Shown piece after piece: positions 10,907 to 20,075 of a DNA stretch of 64,000 nucleotides (positions within the stretch are counted from its first letter, which is position 1; every line of letters begins with the position of its first letter). The notes under the pieces were generated by a model that had not been told where the DNA came from, made no database searches, and saw nothing but the letters and a program-made list of their open reading frames with translations. A program made the translations under genes and the position numbers. Source of the DNA: Spirochaetia bacterium (GTDB lineage Bacteria; Spirochaetota; Spirochaetia; SP-2023); contig CBDDCK010000005.1 in the NCBI GenBank assembly GCA_965225855.1, positions 1,664,001 to 1,728,000 of the forward strand. Reading direction: 5' to 3'.

Positions 10907-12025
10907 TTACGTTATTTCATCTACATTTACTAAGCGTCCCCGTTCGCTATGAGAAACAAAACAAGCATCGAGCACCCGTTGAATTTTAGCCCCGCGTGCA
11001 AAGTCCGGTTGCTGCGTATCACCTGTCTGGATACTCTGGACAAAACGCTCATAATTATCGGGCGTAGCTGGGCAGTGCACCGTATACCAATGTCCCCGGT
11101 CTTTATTTTCTTCATCGCAAAGCTGTAGTATACGCGGGCTTTTATCAAGGTTGATTTTGATACCACCCTTAGTGCCATGAATGGCCAAGTACAAAGAGTT
11201 CAGACGCCCAGTCCCCCACCTAGTGGTATGAATGCTTGCTAAAGCTCCATTTTCCAGTCGTGCGCTAACCAGTGCAGAGTCGTTGGCATCTAAAGTATAC
11301 TCCCCTTGCTGCTTGCCCTTGATATTCTCAAATGTTTGCAGCATGCACTGAACGGTTGCAATATCCCCCGCCTGCTGACTTACCGGGAAACTGGCAAAGT
11401 CCAAAATGTGTACGCCAATATCCCCCAGAGCACCTTTACTGCCATGTGCGGAAGAAAGACGCCACAACCAGGTAGGGTCGTCGCGCCATTCACGGCAACT
11501 AAGAAAACTTTGTAAATAGCGCGCTTCCATATGGACAACCTCGCCAATCTCGCCACTAGCCACAATTTGCTGGGCCTGCTGTAGAGCCGGCGCCACCCGA
11601 TAACTGAAGTTGACCATATTGCGCAGACCGCTAGCTTGAGCCGCCGCAACCATACGCTGGGCCTCGCCATAGTTCACAGCCAGAGGCTTCTCACATAAAA
11701 CATGCTTGCCTTTTTCTAAGGCGGCAATACTAATCGAAGCGTGAAAAGGGTCGGGCACAATAACGCTAACGGCATCAATATCGGGGTCATCAATCAATTG
11801 CTCTGCATCGGAATACCTTTTGGCAATGCCAAATCTATTGGCAAAGTCGGTCAATACCTCTGGGCGCAAATCACAAACGGCCTCAACCGAACAACCCGAA
11901 TCGGCTTGCGCCGTTGTGCCGTTGTGGCCTATTCTCTGGTAGGCCTCTACATGGGATGGCCCCATGAAGCCCGTACCAATAAGCCCTAAACGAAGGCGAG
12001 GCATAGTTTCTATTGAATTATCCAT
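10907..12025 (-). CDS. Gfo/Idh/MocA family oxidoreductase
   Basis: GLIGTGFMG; HVLCEKP; GALGDIGVHILD. Confidence 0.92.
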   Translation of the reverse strand: MDNSIETMPRLRLGLIGTGFMGPSHVEAYQRIGHNGTTAQADSGCSVEAVCDLRPEVLTDFANRFGIAKRYSDAEQLIDDPDIDAVSVIVPDPFHASISIAALEKGKHVLCEKPLAVNYGEAQRMVAAAQASGLRNMVNFSYRVAPALQQAQQIVASGEIGEVVHMEARYLQSFLSCREWRDDPTWLWRLSSAHGSKGALGDIGVHILDFASFPVSQQAGDIATVQCMLQTFENIKGKQQGEYTLDANDSALVSARLENGALASIHTTRWGTGRLNSLYLAIHGTKGGIKINLDKSPRILQLCDEENKDRGHWYTVHCPATPDNYERFVQSIQTGDTQQPDFARGAKIQRVLDACFVSHSERGRLVNVDEIT

Positions 12026-12600
12026 GTGCTGTATTATATCAAGAGATCATATTTTAACAATTTAGCAACAGTATTTTTATGTAAAAAAGGTTATCGTTGT
12101 TCCACGGCTGCTAGCTGGTATAGTGCTAATTTTTGGCATCGGTTTGCTTTGCTGCTTGAAGGTTAAAGGCTAGGCTATCCATAGCGTTGCGTAGGTTGGT
12201 GGTGGCTTGCTGCAAAAATTTCTGCTATAAGCACTGCCAACCTCACTATTTATAAGCACTGTTGAATTTGCTGGTGCTTGTTTTGTTGTTGCTTGTCCAT
12301 TTGGGCCTACTATTTTATAGCCATTATCGTAGGGCAATTCTACTGTAAGTTTAATTGCTGATTATATGGTTTACAATCTGTTTAGGCTGTACTGCGCTCA
12401 TAACCACTTAGCCGTCTAAAGCCTGTAATTCGGCTTTCAAACTTTTTGTTCTTTTTAGCTTGGTTGTTTCAGCCTTTGGCTATATTGGCTTCCCGTATTT
12501 ACCAAGGCTATAATTGGCCTATTGCAGCCTTGATAAAAAACTTACCAAGGCTGCAATTGGCCAATGCAAGCGTTGCAACAACCAAACCTTACTTAAATAA

Positions 12601-15336
12601 TTAAAAAACTTGAATACTAGTGGTTAGGTCTTCTGCGCTACCAGGTACAAATTCTGCTGCTGCTTCAAAGTTATATGCACCATTATTATCACTTTTACCA
12701 GCCTTAACCAGTATCTTCTCGACTTCCGCTTTTACACTACCGCTTAAAGTAATCCTTAAGAATGTTGCATCTGCTTTAGAACCTGTGGCTTTGTCTGCAC
12801 CTACAGTTGAGTGCTGTGGTAATTGGTATCTCTTCTTACCATCACCGGATACAAGTGTCAATTTGCTAAAGTCCCAGTCTGCAACTGCTGTCGGTAACCT
12901 GTTACCAATAATCTCTAACCGGCCTCTATAAGCTATATATAATACTCTGTCGATCTGGCTTGTGTAGCCACTAACGGTAATCGGGTTGCTTGTGTCTCCA
13001 GCGCTACCAGGTACAAATTCTGCTGCTGCTTCCAGGTTGTATGCACCATTATCATCACGAACACCATCGTTAACCAGTATCTTCTCGGCTTCCGCTTTTA
13101 TACTACCGCTTAAAGTAATATATAAGTAGATTGCACTTACATTAGAACCTGTGGCTGTGTTTTCACCTGCAGTTGCGTGCCGGGGTAATGTGTATCTCTT
13201 ACGACCATCACCGGATACAAGCGTCAATTTCCTAAAGTCCCATCCTGCAACTGTTTTCGGTAAATTCTTACCCTGAATCACTAACTGGCCTGTATTAGCA
13301 TCGTAGGTTGCATTGATGATGCTGGCTGTATACCCGCTAACGGTAATAGGATTGGTTGTGTCTTCTGCGCTACCACCTGCAAATCCTGCTGCTGCTTCCA
13401 GGTTGTATTTACCATTAGCATCACTATCACCATCGTTAACGAATATCTTATCGGCTTCCACTTTTGCACTACCTCTTAACTCAATAGATAATTTTATTGC
13501 ACTTACATTAAAACCTGTGGCTGCGTTTACACCTCCTGAGTGCTTGGGTAATTGGTATCTCTTACTACCATCACCGGATACAAGCCTCAATTTCCTAAAG
13601 TCCCAGCGATGCACTGTTGACGGTAAATTGACACCTGTAATCACTAACACGCCTGTAACACCACTGTAGGTTGCACGGGTAATTGCGGGTGCGGGGTTTC
13701 CACTAACGGCCAAGGCTTTGGCTGTATCTAAACCCACCCAACTACCAGTGCCAACGCTAAGCAACCCATCTTTTCTACCATTGGTATTCATACCGTCCTT
13801 GCCATTCAGAATAGCTTTATCGGTATCGGTAAGGTAAAGCCAAAGCGCTGTGCCATCTCTTTTCATGCGGTACTTACCTTTTGCAAGACTGCGACTATCT
13901 GCCCCAGTGGCTGTGGTATCTGCAGTATAGGAACTTAAGGCTAGGTCATATACCGTGATGGTTTGGATTTGGGCTTGGGTCGCAGTTGTAGGACTTAAGT
14001 TAGAACCTTGTACGGTTAACAGCGCCGTGCCAACATTGTAGCTTGCACGGGTAATTGCGGGGTTTCCACTAACGGTTAAGGCTTTGGCTGTATCTAAACC
14101 CGCCCAAGCACCAGTGCCAACGCTAAGCTTACCCTTTTTTAGACCATCGTTAGCCATACCGGGCTTGCCATTCAGAGTAGCTTTATGTCGATCGGTAAGG
14201 TAAAGCCAAAGCGCTGTGCCATCGTTTTTCATGCGGTACTTACCTTTTGCCAGACCGCGACTATCTGGCCCAGTGGCTGTGCCATCTGCAATATAGGAAC
14301 TTAAGATTAGGTCATATACTTTGATGGTTTGGATTTGCGCTTGTTGCGCACTAGCTAAGTGAGTACCTTGTACAGTTAACAGCGCCGTGCCAACATGGTA
14401 GCTTGCACCGGTAATTGCGGGGTTTCCACTAACGGTTAAGGCTTTGGCTGTATCTAAACCCGCCCAACTACCAGTGCCAACGCTAAGCAACCCTTTTTTT
14501 AGACCATCGTTAGCCATACCGGGCTTGGCCTGAAGAGTAGCTTTATGTCGATCGGTAAGTTTCAGCCAAAGCGCTGTGCCATCGCTTTTCATACGGTACT
14601 TACCTTTTGCAAGACCACGACTATCTGGCCCAGTGGCTGTGCCATCTGCAATATAGGAACTTAAGACTAGGTCATATACTTTGATGGTTTGGATTTGTGC
14701 TTGGGTCGCACTAGCTAAGTCAGTACCTTGCAAGGTTAACAGCGCCGTGCCAACATGGTAGCTTGCACGGGTAATTGCAGCTTGTTCGACTTGTTTGGCT
14801 TGTTCAGCTTGTTCGTCTTGTTCGACTTTAGCTTGCTTAGGCGACTGCTTACCGGGTACATTCCTAACGGTTAAGTCTTTGGCTGTATCTAAACCCGCCC
14901 AACTACCAGAGCTAACGCTAAGCAAGCCTTTTTTTAGACCATTGCTACCCACCTTGCCATTCAGAGTAGCTTTATCGGCATCGGTAAGTCTAAGCCAAAG
15001 CGCTGTGCCATCGCTTTTCATACGGTACTTACCTTGTTCAAGACCGTTACTATTTACCCCAGTGGGTTTGGCATCTGCAGTATAGGCACTGAAGGCTACA
15101 CCATTTGTTCGGCTTCCTACCCTGATAGTTTGGATTTGCGCTTGTTTCACACTGGTAGGACTTAAGTCAGTACCTTGTACGGTTAACAGAGCCTTGCCAA
15201 CATCGTAGATGGCGTTATTGATAGTCGGCCCAGACGGCCCAGAAGATGGTGCATCGTCATCGGGTGGGGCGCAGGCCAAGGCTATAAAGGCCAGTAGCAA
15301 TGCTAATGGCAATAAAAATAGTTTGTGCTTATACAT
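12601..15336 (-). CDS. Modular repeat surface lipoprotein, paralog 1 (4 A + 3 B modules)
   Basis: GGAGG RBS then ATG at 15336; lipobox IALAC; ~120-aa repeats; strong similarity to three other copies in the window. Confidence 0.85.
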   Translation of the reverse strand: MYKHKLFLLPLALLLAFIALACAPPDDDAPSSGPSGPTINNAIYDVGKALLTVQGTDLSPTSVKQAQIQTIRVGSRTNGVAFSAYTADAKPTGVNSNGLEQGKYRMKSDGTALWLRLTDADKATLNGKVGSNGLKKGLLSVSSGSWAGLDTAKDLTVRNVPGKQSPKQAKVEQDEQAEQAKQVEQAAITRASYHVGTALLTLQGTDLASATQAQIQTIKVYDLVLSSYIADGTATGPDSRGLAKGKYRMKSDGTALWLKLTDRHKATLQAKPGMANDGLKKGLLSVGTGSWAGLDTAKALTVSGNPAITGASYHVGTALLTVQGTHLASAQQAQIQTIKVYDLILSSYIADGTATGPDSRGLAKGKYRMKNDGTALWLYLTDRHKATLNGKPGMANDGLKKGKLSVGTGAWAGLDTAKALTVSGNPAITRASYNVGTALLTVQGSNLSPTTATQAQIQTITVYDLALSSYTADTTATGADSRSLAKGKYRMKRDGTALWLYLTDTDKAILNGKDGMNTNGRKDGLLSVGTGSWVGLDTAKALAVSGNPAPAITRATYSGVTGVLVITGVNLPSTVHRWDFRKLRLVSGDGSKRYQLPKHSGGVNAATGFNVSAIKLSIELRGSAKVEADKIFVNDGDSDANGKYNLEAAAGFAGGSAEDTTNPITVSGYTASIINATYDANTGQLVIQGKNLPKTVAGWDFRKLTLVSGDGRKRYTLPRHATAGENTATGSNVSAIYLYITLSGSIKAEAEKILVNDGVRDDNGAYNLEAAAEFVPGSAGDTSNPITVSGYTSQIDRVLYIAYRGRLEIIGNRLPTAVADWDFSKLTLVSGDGKKRYQLPQHSTVGADKATGSKADATFLRITLSGSVKAEVEKILVKAGKSDNNGAYNFEAAAEFVPGSAEDLTTSIQVF

Positions 15337-15480
15337 AAGCAATACCTCCAACAATGGATAAAGATTAGCCAACCCATACGGGCTAGTCTGTAAATCCCTA
15401 TTTTGCTAGGGGGGGTGTTGCGTCAAGGCCTATATAAGGCTTTTTGTAAGTTTTTTTGTGTTTTTTATGTTTGGGCACTT
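15337..15480 (-). promoter_or_regulatory. Conserved lipoprotein leader (copy 1)
   Basis: TTGACG, C7 tract, two hairpins and GGAGG; near-identical to the leaders of the other paralogs. Confidence 0.6.
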
Positions 15481-15481
15481 T

Positions 15482-15626
15482 CAATCTACCTAAGGAACTT
15501 CAATTTATCTTTCACAATATTGCAGCGGGTGAATATAGCGTTATCTTAAAGACATATTACTCTGGAAGCATCAAATCTACCAAAGAAAAGCAAGCCTTAC
15601 TTTCACTACAATTTAGCGTAACGTAA
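15482..15626 (+). pseudogene. 3' fragment of the DUF4469-type gene
   Basis: Reverse-complement match to about 28894-29037 (NLPKELQFIF...QFSVT*). Confidence 0.85.
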
Positions 15627-15650
15627 TAGGCTATAAAGCTATATTATATC

Positions 15651-15683
15651 AAGCCAGCTTTATCTATATGGCTGGCTTTTTTT
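15651..15683 (+). terminator. Rho-independent terminator
   Basis: AAGCCAGC-N12-GCTGGCTT followed by a T run. Confidence 0.75.
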
Positions 15684-15697
15684 ATGGTTGTTAGTGC

Positions 15698-15920
15698 CTT
15701 GCTATAATATAACTTTCCGCATTCGATCAATCTATTGATCGGCCTTGCTATAATACAGCTTTCCGCACTCGATCAAGGTCTTGATCCAACTTGCTATAAT
15801 ATAACTTTCCGCATTGGATCAAGGTCTTGATCCAACTTGCTATAATATAACTTTCCGCATTGGATCAAGGCCTTGATCCAACTTGCTATAATATAACTTT
15901 CCCAATTCGATCAAGGCTTT
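15698..15920 (+). repeat. 46-bp tandem array, about 5 units
   Basis: Units start at 15698, 15744, 15790, 15836, 15882; consensus CTTGCTATAATATAACTTTCCGCATTGGATCAAGGTCTTGATCCAA. Confidence 0.95.
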
Positions 15921-16039
15921 GCTCTATTGCGCTTGTTTGTAATTGCATGCCTTTCGGCAAGTTATTTTTAACAAAACCTAAAGCGTATATTGTTTGAGCG
16001 CAATATCCCCTCTGTATTTGTGGTAGCACTGTCTCAAAT

Positions 16040-16945
16040 CTAAAGCAAATTGTCCAAATCTTGCTGTATTTGTTGGGCTTGTGCTTTTGGGGCACTGGCT
16101 TTTGGGGCACTGGCTTTTGGCGTTAGTGGTAAGGGCACAATGCAGTTAGAAGGGCACTTTTTGATGATCTCGGCTAAGGCGGCTGCATCTGGTGGACTAG
16201 CTTGTTGCTTGAGTTTTTGGTAGTCCACACTAGCTAGATTATGCTTGACTTTAAACTGCAGCTTAGGATACCTTTGTTCGCAAATCCGGCAGCCAATACA
16301 GCCTACTTTACAGTTGCTGCGGGTTACCTTACCGTGGTCTAGCGCATTGCAAATAACCGTATACTCGGCCTCTTTAGGTATCATCTGGATTACATTGGTC
16401 GGGCAAACCGGTATACACTTGCGACAACCAATGCACAAATCCCGCTCCACCACGGCCAATGAATCTTTGCTAATGGTAATGGCATCGGTAGGGCATTGCT
16501 TAATACAAGAACCTAAACCGATACAACCATACTCACAGCTTTTGCTGCCCTTAAACAGCATGGCAGCGGCTTGGCAATCCTCCAATCCATGATAGATAAA
16601 ATCGTGCTTGGCATAGTCTGGGCTTCCTTGGCATTTGACAAAAGCCACTTCAGCTGGCACCTCACCGGCTGTCTGCCCCAATATCTGGCCCAACGCCATA
16701 GCGGTAGAATTGCCCCCCGGCGGGCACAAGGTCAGGTCGCAAGTTTGGCCTTTATTCAAAGCTACGGCATAGCCCTCACAGCCGGCATAGCCACAAGCTC
16801 CGCAGTTTATTCCGGGCATAGCATCTAGTAATGCTTGCTCTTGCTCATCTTTGGCTACATGTAGTTTGCGTGCACTGTAGGCCAGCAGTAGGCCCACAGC
16901 AACAGCCAAAACAGTTGCCAACAATAAAGCAGTCAGTAATAGCAT
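16040..16945 (-). CDS. rnfB: Rnf electron transport complex subunit B
   Basis: PGINCGACGYAGC, CPPGG and several ferredoxin CxxCxxC motifs. Confidence 0.93.
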   Translation of the reverse strand: MLLLTALLLATVLAVAVGLLLAYSARKLHVAKDEQEQALLDAMPGINCGACGYAGCEGYAVALNKGQTCDLTLCPPGGNSTAMALGQILGQTAGEVPAEVAFVKCQGSPDYAKHDFIYHGLEDCQAAAMLFKGSKSCEYGCIGLGSCIKQCPTDAITISKDSLAVVERDLCIGCRKCIPVCPTNVIQMIPKEAEYTVICNALDHGKVTRSNCKVGCIGCRICEQRYPKLQFKVKHNLASVDYQKLKQQASPPDAAALAEIIKKCPSNCIVPLPLTPKASAPKASAPKAQAQQIQQDLDNLL

Positions 16946-16993
16946 AAAAGTAACAAGGCGTTGAAGGTCTGTTGAAGGTCTAAGTCCAAACCG

Positions 16994-18613
16994 TTAGTTT
17001 GTCTGCGTATCTTGGTGCGTATCTTCGAGCAATGGCCTTAGGGTCTCTAGCGCATTGCGTTCAATAGCCAAGCCTTGCATAAAACGCTCAAAATACTGAC
17101 TAAAACCTAGTATGTCCGTTTCATCAGGTGCAATAGCTGCGTCTGTGAGATGGACAAAGAAACGATTTAGGTATTCTTGTAGCCCGATTGGCTTGCTGTG
17201 ATTGAGGCCTTGCTGTTTGATATAATCTGTGTAAGCAGCTAGCAATGCAATACCCCATGCCCCCCCTTCTCCTGCGCTTTGCAATACCGTTACGGGGATA
17301 TTGGTGGCAGCAGCCATAAGCTTTTGGCCTACGTGCGCGCTCTTAAAAAAACCGCCATGGCCTCGCAACTCTTCTATTTGTACGCCCTCTTCGCAGCGCA
17401 AAATATCTAAGCCCACCCGCAAGGCACAGAGCGAACTATAGAGCTGACTGCGCATGAAATTAGCCAAGTTTAGGAGGCTATCGGGTTCTCGGATAAACAG
17501 GGGCAGGCCTTCTAGCAACTCCACTAAGTCTTCGCCGGCAACATAGCCATAGTGCAGTAGACCCCCACAATCTGTTTGGCCTTCTAGTGCAATGCTATAG
17601 AGTTTGTCAAACGCTTCATTCATATCCAGCTTAGCCCCTAGCAATTGAGCTGCTTGGGCAAACAAGCCAATCCAAGCATCTATATCGCTACAGCCATTGT
17701 TGCAATGGACCATAGCTACTAGGCTGCCATCGGGTGTAGTAACTAGGTCAATCTCGCGGTGCATTTGGGATAAAGGTTTCTCCAGTACCAACATAGCAAA
17801 TACCGATGTGCCCATAGAGACATTGCCACTACGTGGTGCCACCGCATTGGTTGCCACCATACCTGTACCCGCATCACCTTCTGGTGGGCAGCAAGTTAGG
17901 CCGATTTCTAAATCCCCTTCTGGGTCCAGCAAGATAGCACCGTCCACATTAAGAGAGCCTGCTTGTTGCCCTGCACTCAATATTTTAGGTAGTAGCTCTT
18001 GCAGTTTCCATGGCTGGGTATGCAGTCTATCGAATTGGTTTAGCATCTGCTCGTCCCAATATTTGGTTGCCAAATCAATGGGGAACATACCTGAAGCATC
18101 ACCAATCCCTAGCAGTTTTTCGCCAGTTAGCAGCCAATGTACATAGCCCGAAAGCGTGGTAATATAAGCGAGCTGGCTTATATGGGGTTCATTGTCCAAA
18201 ATGGCTTGGTACAAATGGGCTATGCTCCAGCGTTGTGGGATATTATAGCCAAACAAGCCACTAAGCTTTTGGGAAGCTGCACTGGTTGTGGTGTTGCGCC
18301 AAGTGCGAAACTCGGCTAATTGGTGGCCTTGGCTATCAAAGGCTAGATAGCCATGCATCATCGCACTGATACCAATGGCCTTTACGCCTTTAAGTTTGTG
18401 TTTATACCGTTGCTCTACGTTGCTTTTGAGCTGGGCATAGGCGGCTTGTAGGCCACTATGGACTTGCTCCAAAGAGTAGCTCCAATGTCCATTTATTAGG
18501 CTGTTTTCCCAGCCATAGTTGCCTGAAGCGAGTATCTGGCCTTGTGAGTCAATCAATATTGCTTTAATGCGTGTTGAGCCAAGCTCAATGCCAAGGTAAC
18601 AATCTTTATTCAT
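16994..18613 (-). CDS. FGGY-family pentulose kinase (ribulokinase/xylulokinase-like)
   Basis: GIELGSTRIKA, SAMMHGY, PEGDAGTGMVATN, GHGGFF, GEGGAWG. Confidence 0.9.
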   Translation of the reverse strand: MNKDCYLGIELGSTRIKAILIDSQGQILASGNYGWENSLINGHWSYSLEQVHSGLQAAYAQLKSNVEQRYKHKLKGVKAIGISAMMHGYLAFDSQGHQLAEFRTWRNTTTSAASQKLSGLFGYNIPQRWSIAHLYQAILDNEPHISQLAYITTLSGYVHWLLTGEKLLGIGDASGMFPIDLATKYWDEQMLNQFDRLHTQPWKLQELLPKILSAGQQAGSLNVDGAILLDPEGDLEIGLTCCPPEGDAGTGMVATNAVAPRSGNVSMGTSVFAMLVLEKPLSQMHREIDLVTTPDGSLVAMVHCNNGCSDIDAWIGLFAQAAQLLGAKLDMNEAFDKLYSIALEGQTDCGGLLHYGYVAGEDLVELLEGLPLFIREPDSLLNLANFMRSQLYSSLCALRVGLDILRCEEGVQIEELRGHGGFFKSAHVGQKLMAAATNIPVTVLQSAGEGGAWGIALLAAYTDYIKQQGLNHSKPIGLQEYLNRFFVHLTDAAIAPDETDILGFSQYFERFMQGLAIERNALETLRPLLEDTHQDTQTN

Positions 18614-18752
18614 AAACAAACCTTTTTATTGTTGTTCTATTAGAGACACAATCGGCATTTTATAATTGAATCTTTGCATAAAATATAAGTTCGCAACGGT
18701 AGTCTATGCCTAAGAAGCCTAAGAAATGCCTAAGGGGCTGCTTAGGGAAAAC

Positions 18753-19352
18753 TTAGCTCCGCAGGCCCAAGTTATGGAGCATACTCACATCAAAGATATA
18801 AAAGCCTAAGGCCATTATGCCTGCAGAAATAAAGGCAATGGGTGCCCCTTGCAAAAAACGGGGGACTCGTTCTAGTTGTAGGCGTTGGCGAATACTGGCC
18901 ATCAACACCAAGACTAGGGTAAAGCCGATACCTGCGGAGAACCCGGCTAAAGTGCTTTCTATTACGCTGTATTGGTTGTGCTCAATGTTCCATAAAGCTA
19001 TGCCCAGTACGGCACAATTGCTGGTAATGAGTGGAAGATAGATGCCCAACACTTGGTACAAGCTAGGGCTCAACTTGTGTATTAGCATTTCCACAAACTG
19101 GACTACAGAAGCAATGATAAAGATAAAGATTAGTAGCTTGAGAAACTCCAAACCCAAGGGGACTAAAGCAAAATAATAGAGCGAAGCACTAAGAAAGCCT
19201 GCTAAGCTTAGCACAAAGATTACGGCAGCCCCCATACCCAGTGCGGCACCTAGACCTTTAGAAACACCAAAGAATGGACACAAGCCCCAAAAACGTGTCA
19301 AGACGACATTAGAGATAAAGATATTCGCCAGTACAATCCCAAGATTATCCAT
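18753..19352 (-). CDS. rnfA: Rnf electron transport complex subunit A
   Basis: GLCPFFGVS; LGIYLPLITSNCAVLG. Confidence 0.93.
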   Translation of the reverse strand: MDNLGIVLANIFISNVVLTRFWGLCPFFGVSKGLGAALGMGAAVIFVLSLAGFLSASLYYFALVPLGLEFLKLLIFIFIIASVVQFVEMLIHKLSPSLYQVLGIYLPLITSNCAVLGIALWNIEHNQYSVIESTLAGFSAGIGFTLVLVLMASIRQRLQLERVPRFLQGAPIAFISAGIMALGFYIFDVSMLHNLGLRS

Positions 19353-19355
19353 TAT

Positions 19356-20063
19356 TTATCTTTTAATTAAATGTAGTTCAAAGCAGGTTCGGCCTTCGCT
19401 GTGGGCCTTTGATTCAAATTCACTTTGCGGCCGCCAACTTTGGGGTACAGAATAGCCATCATCAATATTTGCGCAATCCCAAAGAGCTGTTTGTCGTGTG
19501 ATGATTTGGCGCACCGCTTGAGCATAATCCTGCCAGTCTGTAACAAAATATAAATAACCACCTAGTTTTAAGCTCTGATGGAACAGTAACAGATTTTGCG
19601 CATTGATAATGCGGCGTTTCTGATGGCTTCTTTTTGGCCAAGGGTCGGGGAAGAATATATGCAGGCCGTCCAGATAGGAGCAAGGCAGCATATTTTCCAA
19701 TACTTCCAGAGCATCATGTTCTATGATGTGCAAATTATTGAGTGCGTGCTCTTCTGCTTTTTGCAGCAAAGCAGCCACACCGCTACGGTAAACTTCTATC
19801 CCTAGATACAGAGCTGAAGGGTTTTTTTGCACAATTTGCCAAGTAGAGGAACCTGTACCAAAACCAATTTCACAGATAAACTTTTCTTTTCCTTGGAGCA
19901 GAGGTTGCCAATATGCTGCTGCATCCATATTTTTCGTTTCTGCAAAATTTTGGTAGTGTAAGCAGTATTGGGCGGCTAGCCTTTGGTAGCAATCTTTCTG
20001 GGCGCTAGTGGGTTTCCTTGAACGGATTACAAAGCTGCGGATACTCTTTTGTGAATAGGGCAT
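19356..20063 (-). CDS. trmB: tRNA (guanine-N7)-methyltransferase
   Basis: EIGFGTG; FFPDPWPK..H.KRR; TDWQDYA. Confidence 0.95.
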   Translation of the reverse strand: MPYSQKSIRSFVIRSRKPTSAQKDCYQRLAAQYCLHYQNFAETKNMDAAAYWQPLLQGKEKFICEIGFGTGSSTWQIVQKNPSALYLGIEVYRSGVAALLQKAEEHALNNLHIIEHDALEVLENMLPCSYLDGLHIFFPDPWPKRSHQKRRIINAQNLLLFHQSLKLGGYLYFVTDWQDYAQAVRQIITRQTALWDCANIDDGYSVPQSWRPQSEFESKAHSEGRTCFELHLIKR

Positions 20064-20075
20064 ACTGGAATTTTC

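Noticed and set aside
12030..12600. Transposon end downstream of paralog 1 (also sought near 28560, 32000-32230 and 44140-44360)
   Set aside because: No GACRYGATAACT box pair or flanking duplication found by eye; TGTAAAAAAGG at 12080 does not match.
15337..15372. TTG starts (MANLYP.../MLEVLL...) given for the lipoproteins in the ORF track
   Set aside because: GGAGG lies 8 nt before the internal ATG in all four copies, giving a normal signal peptide.
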